Source of the DNA: Clostridia bacterium
GTDB lineage: Bacteria > Bacillota > Clostridia > Monoglobales > Firm-18
DNA: 56,185 bases
Assembly (NCBI GenBank): GCA_045576675.1
Contig: JAZNGX010000104.1
Coordinates: 1-56,185 of the forward strand
Direction of reading: 5' to 3'
The notes beneath the pieces are model-generated. The model did not search any database, had not been told where the DNA came from, and worked only from the letters and a program-made list of their open reading frames with translations. This document shows, piece after piece, positions 1-6,943 of the stretch. Position numbers and translations under genes: made by a program. Each line of letters starts with the position of its first letter. The first letter of the stretch is position 1.

Positions 1-900
1 CTTGATGTGAGCACCTACCTTACGGCATAACCTTCCCTTTGGATCGTTCGGCGCAACTCGATTACAGTAAAGAGTTTTTTCCTGACCTATTATCAAAAAG
101 TATCTACCGCAATTATCACATACTCTTGGTGCGTTGCCTGCTACAAGTGATCTGTATAATTCAGCTTTTAAAAATCCTCCCAAACTGCGATATACCGTCC
201 TTTCAGTAACAATATACTGTTTTTTGTTGCTAGGGTTAGTTCGTGTAATGTAATCAATATTAACAGGTTGCTCTATTTTGAATACATTGTCATATATTTC
301 AGGATGCAACATTGATTGAAGTTTTGCTTGCACATCCTTATCTTTTGAAAATTTATGAATGGCTTTTGCGTACTCTGAGGGGGTACGCTTTTTTGCATAT
401 TTTATATAGTCATCAAGCAATGTATCGGCATAAAGCCTGAAAATATGAATTTCATCATGGTAAGCCAGAATGTCCGAAAGAAAATTTCCCAAGAATTCCT
501 GATTCCAATTCAGCTTTTTGATGTTGTTATCGTTATATGTTTCAACAAAAGCCTTGATTACCTGCTTTTGATTTATTTCAAGTTCCCTAAATAGAGGTAG
601 TTTATCGAGTTCATCCAAGAATAATTTAAAAACAGGCAAAAAAGAATCTAACCCGTTTCGGAGATCTTCTTCGTTCTCAATTTTATCTAAAGGCTTATAT
701 ATTTTCTGTGTAGCATCAAGTAATAAAAGTGTTACCTCTCTGAGTTTTGAAAGCTGTTCATTCTCCAATTCCAGAAAATCGGTTGCCAATTGACCAAGAG
801 GTAAACTGTTTTTTCCTAAAATCACTTTATTGCCATAAAACTCTGCACTAAAGCTTGCGTAATCGTCCTTTTTATCCTCTAATCTGCGTTTTTCTAACAT
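1..900 (-). CDS. Hypothetical mobile-element-associated protein with a Cys4 zinc-ribbon-like tail; C-terminus off-window (300 codons visible)
   Basis: Absent from the supplied ORF track because there is no stop inside the window. My reverse-strand translation from ATG 898-900 (MLEKRRLEDKKDDYASFSAEFYGNKVILGKN...) stays open for 300 codons to nt 1. It ends ...GNAPRVCDNCGRYFLIIGQEKTLYCNRVAPNDPKGRLCRKVGAHIK (CxxC-x14-C-x12-C). Divergent from the recombinase operon. Family not confidently recognised. Confidence 0.6.
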   Translation of the reverse strand, partial: MLEKRRLEDKKDDYASFSAEFYGNKVILGKNSLPLGQLATDFLELENEQLSKLREVTLLLLDATQKIYKPLDKIENEEDLRNGLDSFLPVFKLFLDELDKLPLFRELEINQKQVIKAFVETYNDNNIKKLNWNQEFLGNFLSDILAYHDEIHIFRLYADTLLDDYIKYAKKRTPSEYAKAIHKFSKDKDVQAKLQSMLHPEIYDNVFKIEQPVNIDYITRTNPSNKKQYIVTERTVYRSLGGFLKAELYRSLVAGNAPRVCDNCGRYFLIIGQEKTLYCNRVAPNDPKGRLCRKVGAHIK

Positions 901-992
901 AAATTCTCTCCCCGATAGTAATTTGACCAATTCCCCAAGGTACTTGGGAAGTATTGATTTGAAATTTTTCCTGTGTTACACTCATTACAAAC

Positions 993-1021
993 ATTATACC
1001 CGATAGACAATCAAATGTCAA
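993..1021 (-). promoter_or_regulatory. Consensus SigA-type promoter for the leftward hypothetical gene
   Basis: Reverse strand reads TTGACA (1016-1021), a 17-nt spacer, then TATAAT (993-998). The ~85-nt leader to ATG 900 contains the inverted repeat CCCAAG-GTA-CTTGGG (934-948). Confidence 0.6.
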
Positions 1022-1025
1022 TCAG

Positions 1026-1044
1026 GGATTTGAACCTTGAAAAC
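1026..1044 (+). repeat. Left copy of an imperfect direct repeat bracketing the recombinase cassette
   Basis: GGATTTGA (1026-1033) overlaps AACCTTGAAAAC (1033-1044). The same 8-mer and the exact 12-mer recur at 5559-5566 and 5576-5587. Confidence 0.4.
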
Positions 1045-1201
1045 TAAATAGCCGTACTGCAAGGGATACATTCTCGGGGAAGTGACGCCACGATATGAGC
1101 GCACCAAGAGATGCAAACACGATGTCGGTGTCAAGCAAGGCAAGAGGTCAGGAACTGTAGCGGAAGTTGGTGTGAATATAATTTAGGAAAGGATGATGTA
1201 G

Positions 1202-1357
1202 ATGAAATCTATTAATATAGAAATAGAAAAGGCTATTGCCAAAGCTATGATTTTAAACCTATTAAAAGCAAACCTTATAAGCGATGAGGAAGCAGATAAG
1301 CTTATAGATAAAGCTTTTGATGCATTAAGCGAGCCTTTAATAGAAAATTCAGCATAA
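1202..1357 (+). CDS. Small hypothetical protein (51 aa), first gene of the recombinase operon
   Basis: ATG 1202 follows AGGAAAGG. Translation: MKSINIEIEKAIAKAMILNLLKANLISDEEADKLIDKAFDALSEPLIENSA, stop 1355-1357. Below the ORF-track size cutoff. Predicted helical and acidic. A TATAAT lies at 1177-1182. Confidence 0.45.
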   Translation: MKSINIEIEKAIAKAMILNLLKANLISDEEADKLIDKAFDALSEPLIENSA

Positions 1358-1449
1358 TCTTTTAGTTTTTGTTTAATATTTGTCTGGATTTATTAAGTTA
1401 TTTGTGGTATTGTTGTCTTGAAAAAATTATGGAAAGGAGCGTGAGGCTG

Positions 1450-2991
1450 ATGTCAGAAGTAATTGTTATCCAAGGAAATCATACAAAAGACGAACCTGAT
1501 ATAAAGCGAGTGTCCGCTTATGCCAGAGTAAGCTCTGCTTCAGACGAACAGCAATACTCCTTCCATAATCAGGTTCAGCACTTTACGAGCTTGATACAGA
1601 AAGCACCCGATTGGGAATATGTAGACATATATGCTGATGAAGGTGTAACCGGTACAAGAGAGGATAAACGCAGTGAATTCAACCGAATGATAAGAGATGC
1701 CGAGGATGGACTTATGGACATCATCATTACAAAATCGGTTTCACGCTTCGGTCGAAATGTTTCAGAGTGTCTAAGAACAGTAAAACACCTCAAGGATATT
1801 GGAGTTACCGTAATATTTGAAGAGGAAGGTCTTGATTCAGGAAAACCTGCTGACTTTACAATGATATCGGTAAAGGCTGCAATGGCCGAACAGGAATCAA
1901 TCTCTACTGCCGAAAACGGCAGAATGGCAAATCGCCAGAGAATGAAGATGGGCACATATGTGCAAAGCAATCCTCCAATCGGTTACACATTAAAAGGTGC
2001 AGAATTCGAGGTTAATGAGGAACAAGCCAAGGTTATCAAACGGATATTTGCCGAATGCCTGTCTGGAAGCGGTACAAGTAAAATTGCCAATGGACTTATG
2101 AGAGATAAAATCCCCAATAAGTACGGCAAGGTGCATTGGACGGCACAAAGTGTCAGCTATATCATAAATAATCCAAGATACAAAGGCGATGCCCTGTTCC
2201 AGAAATCCTTTAAGACAGGATTTCCATATAAGAAAAAGAAGAACACAGGCGAATTGCCAATGTATTATGCAGAGGATGCCAATATCCCTATCGTAAGCAC
2301 GGAAGACTTTGACAAGGCTGCCGGGCTTATGCAGACAAGGCGTGGAAAGCATGCCAAGGAAAGCAGTGAAATTACAAATATATTCGCAAAGAAAATATAC
2401 TGCAAGCACTGTGGTTCCACTTACCGACATAAAAATGGTGCAGATACATGGGTATGCAGGACACACGATAAAGGTACAGACAAATGTCAGGCAAATCCAA
2501 TAAGCGAAGAAATGCTTAAAAAGGCATTCGTTCAAATGTATAACAAGCTGAAAGCAAACTATGAGTATATCCTCCTCCCGTTCTTAACGCAGGTAGAGGC
2601 TATGAAGATAAATAAGGCAGAGCAAGATAAAATTGCTGATATCAACATGCAAATAGCACAGAATACAGAGCAGGTCTTATCACTCCGAAGACTAAAGAGT
2701 CAGGAGCTGATAGAACCTGCTTTCTATATTCAGGAGCTTAACCGCTTTGATAAACAGACAATGGAGCTTAGGAAAAAGAAAAATACCATACTGCACAACA
2801 ACCGATATGCTGACATTATCTCAAAGACAAGAAAAATCACAAGAGAAATGGAATCGGCTTGTGCAATAGACAAATTCGATGCCGAGAGCTTCAAAAATCT
2901 TGTAAGTAGAATTGAAGCAGATAATGAAATAATAACCTTTATACTAATAAACGGAATGGGACTTGAGGTTAGCAAAAAGGAGGTGTTATAA
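1450..2991 (+). CDS. Large serine recombinase (resolvase catalytic domain, recombinase domain, zinc ribbon, coiled coil)
   Basis: Track ORF 1369-2991. Preferred start is ATG 1450 (GGAG 1436-1439, 10-nt spacer). Catalytic-domain motifs SAYARVSSASDEQ (Ser nucleophile) and TKSVSRFGRN. Recombinase-domain start PPIGYTLKGAEFEVNEEQAKVIKRIF. Cys-rich zinc ribbon CKHCGSTYRHK...WVCRTHDKGTDKC. Long helical C-terminus. Confidence 0.9.
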   Translation: MSEVIVIQGNHTKDEPDIKRVSAYARVSSASDEQQYSFHNQVQHFTSLIQKAPDWEYVDIYADEGVTGTREDKRSEFNRMIRDAEDGLMDIIITKSVSRFGRNVSECLRTVKHLKDIGVTVIFEEEGLDSGKPADFTMISVKAAMAEQESISTAENGRMANRQRMKMGTYVQSNPPIGYTLKGAEFEVNEEQAKVIKRIFAECLSGSGTSKIANGLMRDKIPNKYGKVHWTAQSVSYIINNPRYKGDALFQKSFKTGFPYKKKKNTGELPMYYAEDANIPIVSTEDFDKAAGLMQTRRGKHAKESSEITNIFAKKIYCKHCGSTYRHKNGADTWVCRTHDKGTDKCQANPISEEMLKKAFVQMYNKLKANYEYILLPFLTQVEAMKINKAEQDKIADINMQIAQNTEQVLSLRRLKSQELIEPAFYIQELNRFDKQTMELRKKKNTILHNNRYADIISKTRKITREMESACAIDKFDAESFKNLVSRIEADNEIITFILINGMGLEVSKKEVL

Positions 2992-3855
2992 ATGGCAAAC
3001 CGTTACATTGCATTCGGCTACAAAATAGCTGACGGCAAATTGTGCATTGAAGAAACCGAGGCAGAGCTTGTGAAAGCAGCCTTTACGCTCTATTCGGCAG
3101 GAAAATCCTACAGCCAGATTGCCGAAAGATTTACCTTAAGCGAAATCAGATACAACATTGATTCTGATAAATGGAATAAAAATATGGTAAAGCGGATAAT
3201 TGAAAACGATAAATATATCGGCCGAAACGGTTATCCGCAAATCATAGAAGAAAAGCTCTATAATAAGGCGAACAAGACAAGACTTGCTAAAAACATAAAT
3301 AAACCGCCTGAAAAAACAGAGCTTGATAATTTCCTTCGTACTCATTCGGAATGCCCGGTATGCAGCTCGCCGATAAAAAGGCAGAATCAATGCTACGGCG
3401 AGAATAAGTCTGTGGCATATAAATGTACCAATTCTGTATGCCCAGCGAAATCTGTTAAAGAGAATCGACTTGTAAATCTCATAACAGAATTGCTCAACAT
3501 AGTGGCAGACGATTTAAGCCTTGCAGATGAACCCATTATAGCCACAATTCCCGATGATGAACTGACAGACGATATGGCAAACGATATCTACATAAAAATG
3601 CTGACGGAATATGATAAGGATGAAGTGCTTGCAGACATATATGAGCTTGCAAAAATCAAATTCCGAAACAGTATTAAAACAGATATGAGTGCAGTCACCG
3701 AAAGAATAAAAAAGGAGCTTTGCAAGTATGGGATACTTACAGAACCCCACCTTCCACTTATGCAGAAAATTATATCAAAATTCTATGTAGGCGGTCAGGA
3801 TGAACTTTCGATACTGCTTACCAACGGAAAACTAATAACAAGGAGTGTGAATTAA
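2992..3855 (+). CDS. Recombinase-domain/zinc-ribbon protein lacking the serine-recombinase catalytic domain (headless LSR paralog)
   Basis: ATG immediately follows the upstream TAA (2989-2994 TAAATG). The protein opens directly with the recombinase-domain signature (IAFGYKIADGKLCIEETEAELVKAAFTLYSAGKSYSQIAERF). It has a Cys-rich ribbon (CPVCSSPIKRQNQC...YKCTNSVC). There is no YARVS/SRFGRN segment anywhere in its 287 aa. Confidence 0.8.
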   Translation: MANRYIAFGYKIADGKLCIEETEAELVKAAFTLYSAGKSYSQIAERFTLSEIRYNIDSDKWNKNMVKRIIENDKYIGRNGYPQIIEEKLYNKANKTRLAKNINKPPEKTELDNFLRTHSECPVCSSPIKRQNQCYGENKSVAYKCTNSVCPAKSVKENRLVNLITELLNIVADDLSLADEPIIATIPDDELTDDMANDIYIKMLTEYDKDEVLADIYELAKIKFRNSIKTDMSAVTERIKKELCKYGILTEPHLPLMQKIISKFYVGGQDELSILLTNGKLITRSVN

Positions 3856-3857
3856 AG

Positions 3858-5462
3858 ATGGCAAATGTAATCGAAATACCTGCAACAAAATCATATTTAG
3901 GGCATGGTGCAAAGCGAGTACTGAATGTCGGTGCCTATGCAAGAGTCAGCACTGAGGCAGAGCAGCAGGCAAAAAGCTTCGAGACTCAGGTTGAACACTA
4001 TACCAAAATGATTAAAGAAACGGCAGGCTGGAAATATGTAGATGTATACGGCGATGAAGGCATCAGCGGAACCTCCATATATAACCGACCTGAGTTTCAG
4101 AGAATGATGAAAGATTGCAGAAAGGGCAAGTTAGACCTCGTAATAACAAAATCCGTATCAAGATTCGGCAGAAACACCGCCGAGAGCTTACAATGCATAA
4201 GAGAGCTTAAGGATTTAGGAGTCGGGGTTCTGTTCGAAAAAGAAGGAATCAATACCCTTAACTATACGACCGAGATGTTTATCGCACTGCATACCATATT
4301 CGCTCAAGCTGAAAGTGAGTCAATGAGCGAAAACATAAAGATGGGTAGAAGCTACAGATACCGTGGTGGCGAGTGTTGCTATAACTTTAACGGCGTATAT
4401 GGTTTCAGTCAGGATGATGAAAGAAACATATCGGTGGAAATCGGCGAAGCAATCAATGTCAGGTTTATCTTCGACTGTTGCATGAAGGGTATGAGTATTG
4501 AGCAAATTGTCAATGCCCTTGCCGAAAGAGCAATCCCCTCACCGAGAGGCAAAGAAAGATGGTCGCCCGGCACAGTAGAACGAATACTTAAGAATGAAAA
4601 ATATGCAGGTGATGTCCTGACCTCAAAGACAATAACTCTAGATCCAATTTCAAAGAAAAAGATAAAGAATACAGGTCAGGTTCAGCAGTGGTTTATCCGA
4701 GACCATCATCAGTCAATCATAGAACGGGAATTATTCGACAGTGTTCAAGAGGAATTAAGTCGCCGTAGTTGCATCAAAAAGTTTGATAAAAAACAAAGCT
4801 ACGGAAAATACAGCGGCAAGTTTCCTTACAATGACTTAATCTTCTGTGGCGAATGCGGAGCCAAGTACAGACGAACAGAATGGATAACCCGTGGCGGTGA
4901 AAAGAAATATATGTGGCGGTGCCTGAACAGAATTCAAGACGGACAAGATTGCTGCCAACATTCTCCTTCCATCAACAATAACTTTATGGACGAGGTTACT
5001 CTTGAAGCTATCAATGCGATATACACAAGCAGAAAAAGAGTAAAGGACATATTAAAAAGCTCAATCGCCTCTCTGCTCGGCGATACCGAACAACCGAAGA
5101 TAAGTGCCAATACGGAAAAACTTGACATGATGGGTGACAGAATACGAGAAGCTATACACAAGAATGCTAACGGCGAAATATCTCCGGACGAGCTTGACAG
5201 AATATGTCTGGAGGTAAAGATGGAATCGCAGAGACTGCGTCAGGAGAATAAGGAATATGAGATGGAGCGAAAGATAAAATCAACCGAGTCATCTAAGCTG
5301 AAGCTTATCTTCAAAGCTATCGATGGCATGGAAGATAAGGTGAGCGAGATTGATGCACCTCTCATTCGAAGCATCATCGAAAGATACGAGGTTGTGTCAA
5401 AGAAAAAGATGATCATCTGGTTCATCGGCGACATACCTTATGAGGTTGACCTGCCGGTATAA
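3858..5462 (+). CDS. Large serine recombinase (full length)
   Basis: GAYARVSTEAEQQ (Ser nucleophile), TKSVSRFGRN, recombinase domain, zinc ribbon (CGECGAKYRR...WRCLNR...C), C-terminal coiled coil. AGGAG lies 12 nt upstream. Starts 2 nt after the previous stop. Confidence 0.9.
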   Translation: MANVIEIPATKSYLGHGAKRVLNVGAYARVSTEAEQQAKSFETQVEHYTKMIKETAGWKYVDVYGDEGISGTSIYNRPEFQRMMKDCRKGKLDLVITKSVSRFGRNTAESLQCIRELKDLGVGVLFEKEGINTLNYTTEMFIALHTIFAQAESESMSENIKMGRSYRYRGGECCYNFNGVYGFSQDDERNISVEIGEAINVRFIFDCCMKGMSIEQIVNALAERAIPSPRGKERWSPGTVERILKNEKYAGDVLTSKTITLDPISKKKIKNTGQVQQWFIRDHHQSIIERELFDSVQEELSRRSCIKKFDKKQSYGKYSGKFPYNDLIFCGECGAKYRRTEWITRGGEKKYMWRCLNRIQDGQDCCQHSPSINNNFMDEVTLEAINAIYTSRKRVKDILKSSIASLLGDTEQPKISANTEKLDMMGDRIREAIHKNANGEISPDELDRICLEVKMESQRLRQENKEYEMERKIKSTESSKLKLIFKAIDGMEDKVSEIDAPLIRSIIERYEVVSKKKMIIWFIGDIPYEVDLPV

Positions 5463-5558
5463 CGGTAGGTCTTTTTACACGAAATTTTCAAAAAGGCCTT
5501 GTAAAAAATATAGTTTTATGGTAGAATAAATCTTGTAAAAGAGATTTATTCTGCCTTT

Positions 5559-5587
5559 GGATTTGATAAGGGTGAAACCTTGAAAAC
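5559..5587 (+). repeat. Right copy of the cassette-bracketing direct repeat, with ~9-nt internal insertion
   Basis: GGATTTGA-taagggtga-AACCTTGAAAAC. The exact 12-mer matches 1033-1044. Confidence 0.4.
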
Positions 5588-5663
5588 CGCTTGAAATCAA
5601 GCAAAATTTGATGTGGCAGTAAAATCATATCGTTCTTACATTCGTATGCACAATGCATACGGC

Positions 5664-5700
5664 AAAAGCACAGTTCGAAAACTGTGCTTTTCTTTTTATT
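5664..5700 (+). terminator. Rho-independent terminator downstream of the recombinase operon
   Basis: Perfect 12-bp stem AAAAGCACAGTT / AACTGTGCTTTT with loop CGAA, followed by CTTTTTATT. Confidence 0.7.
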
Positions 5701-5744
5701 ATATTTAAATATACATTCAGCTTGCTTAAAACAAAGCAAAAAAT

Positions 5745-5772
5745 AAGAAACACCCGCCCACATATGTTTCTT
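5745..5772 (-). terminator. Hairpin terminator downstream of the truncated recombinase fragment
   Basis: AAGAAACA (5745-5752) pairs with TGTTTCTT (5765-5772). On the minus strand it is followed by ATTTTTTGCTTTG, just after the stop at 5777. Confidence 0.4.
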
Positions 5773-5776
5773 ATCA

Positions 5777-6259
5777 TCATACAACAATATTTTTAAGTTC
5801 ATTACGGTCAATTTTTTCAGTTACTGTATAACCATCCGTTACATTAAATTCCATCTCAATACTATCTTTATATACGGTAACCTTTTTTACATAAGTTTGA
5901 ATTATTGCTTTTCTGTTGGCAAGCGTTCCATATTCAAGCATTTGTTTTGCTTTAGTAAACGCTTTTTTTAAAGCTTGTTTACTAACCTTAATTTTTGATA
6001 ATTCTTTTTCTTTATTTGCCAACAGCCGCTCATACGTCAGTTTGTCGCTTTCAAGTTCTTTAAGCTTTTCCGACAAAGCAAGCGAACCTGTTTGCATAAC
6101 AACATTGACAATATTGCTTATGCCTTTTTCAATATCAACCAGCTTTTCTTTTACGTTCTTTATTGCAATTAACAATTCTCCGTTCTTGCTGGCAGCGTAA
6201 TCATTATAACTCAAAATTATTTCTGATAACATATCCTCATTAATATTCTTCCGACAGCA
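5777..6259 (-). pseudogene. C-terminal fragment of a large serine recombinase (coiled-coil and tail only)
   Basis: Track ORF 5777-6232. The frame is open upstream to a stop at 6260-6262. The sequence (…EKLKELESDKLTYERLLANKEKELSKIK…RKAIIQTYVKKVTVYKDSIEMEFNV…) looks like an LSR coiled-coil and C-terminal beta-tail. No catalytic, recombinase-domain or zinc-ribbon portion lies upstream. Confidence 0.65.
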
Positions 6260-6337
6260 TCATGGTGGAGTACAAGCCGTCGTCTATCACAAAAATTTTT
6301 CCAACAACAAAGCGGCTACGTTCCGCTTTGTTTGCCC

Positions 6338-6527
6338 ATGTGCATTTCGGCTACGCCGAAAATATTGCACGGGCATAAAAGTGGATTTTCAAGCATGTCA
6401 AACTTTTACCGTGCTTTCAAAAAAAATCACAGGTAAATCCCCTAATGAATATAGAAAAAAACATCAACAAAACATAAAACATCCATACAATTTTGCTTTG
6501 GATATGATAGTTTCTTTGGCAGAATAA
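6338..6527 (+). pseudogene. Degraded C-terminal fragment of an AraC-family regulator, frameshifted in an A8 run
   Basis: …GFSSMSNFYRAFKK is read to the A-run at 6419-6426. The expected continuation ITGKSPNEYRKKHQQN… is in the +1 frame and stops at 6525-6527. An earlier frame break lies near 6375. No N-terminal part is present. Confidence 0.6.
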
Positions 6528-6552
6528 AAGCGAAATGTTTTATAGACGTTCA

Positions 6553-6690
6553 TGAACTGGTGTTTACATTGATATTTTTGATGGCAAAATCAATAATTAT
6601 ATCAACTGGTATAGCACAAAACGTATCAAACAATCATTAGGGTATATGAGTCCGATAGAGTACAGACATAGTCTTGGATTAGCAATATAA
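6553..6690 (+). pseudogene. C-terminal tail fragment of an IS3-family transposase (OrfB)
   Basis: …DGKINNYINWYSTKRIKQSLGYMSPIEYRHSLGLAI* matches the conserved IS3/IS150 C-terminal pattern (Y-N..R....L....SP.EYR). An in-frame stop at 6550-6552 precedes it. No DDE core is present. Confidence 0.6.
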
Positions 6691-6891
6691 ACAGTCCAAG
6701 AATATGTCCGCACCCCCTGTCTCGTGTTTAGACTACGCTGACGGTAAAACACCAAATTTTTTCAATACTTACTATTCCACCGCTCGCATTATATAATGGC
6801 AAACCAGGAGTAACAAAGCTAAAATAGTCTTTTTATTTGTTTTATCCGCTTCATTTGACATTGATTGCAATTATAGCAAGAATTATATAGT

Positions 6892-6942
6892 AATAATCCC
6901 CATTGATATGACAAAGTACAATCATATCAAATGGGGATTATT
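6892..6942 (-). terminator. Long hairpin abutting the stop of the GH94-like gene (end of operon block 1)
   Basis: AATAATCCCCATTGATATGA pairs with TCATATCAAATGGGGATTATT (one bulge, 9-nt loop). It lies directly after the stop at 6944-6946. There is no strong U-run on the minus strand. Confidence 0.5.
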
Positions 6943-6943
6943 A

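Larger units (their letters stand above)
1..5700 (+). mobile_element. Recombinase-bearing end of an integrative mobile element (three-gene LSR cassette plus accessory genes); boundaries not determinable
   Basis: The LSR trio sits beside a Zn-ribbon hypothetical and is followed at once by terminators and degraded gene fragments. The remainder of the element, if any, lies left of the window. The att sites cannot be defined from one end. Confidence 0.5.

Noticed and set aside
1026-1046. tRNA T-arm-like sequence (reverse strand GGTTCAAATCC), possibly a tRNA 3'-end attachment site
   Set aside because: The flanking sequence on the reverse strand gives only a 4/5 T-stem. It has no complementary acceptor strand, D-arm or anticodon arm, so it is not a tRNA or a convincing tRNA fragment. 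It is kept only as part of the direct-repeat observation.
1095-1160. 21-codon ATG ORF (MSAPRDANTMSVSSKARGQEL) inside the GC-rich segment
   Set aside because: No convincing RBS, tiny size and no recognisable features. It is treated as non-coding.
1369-1449. N-terminal extension of the first recombinase ORF (MFNICLDLLSYLWYCCLEKIMERSVRL)
   Set aside because: No RBS at 1369. The hydrophobic, Cys-rich residues are unlike LSR N-termini. ATG 1450 has GGAG at ideal spacing and gives the usual short lead-in to the YARVSS motif.
5488-5811. 107-aa minus-strand ORF in the track
   Set aside because: It runs through two terminator hairpins and several dyads in an intergenic, AT-rich stretch. Its composition is low-complexity (K, F, L, C rich) and it has no RBS.
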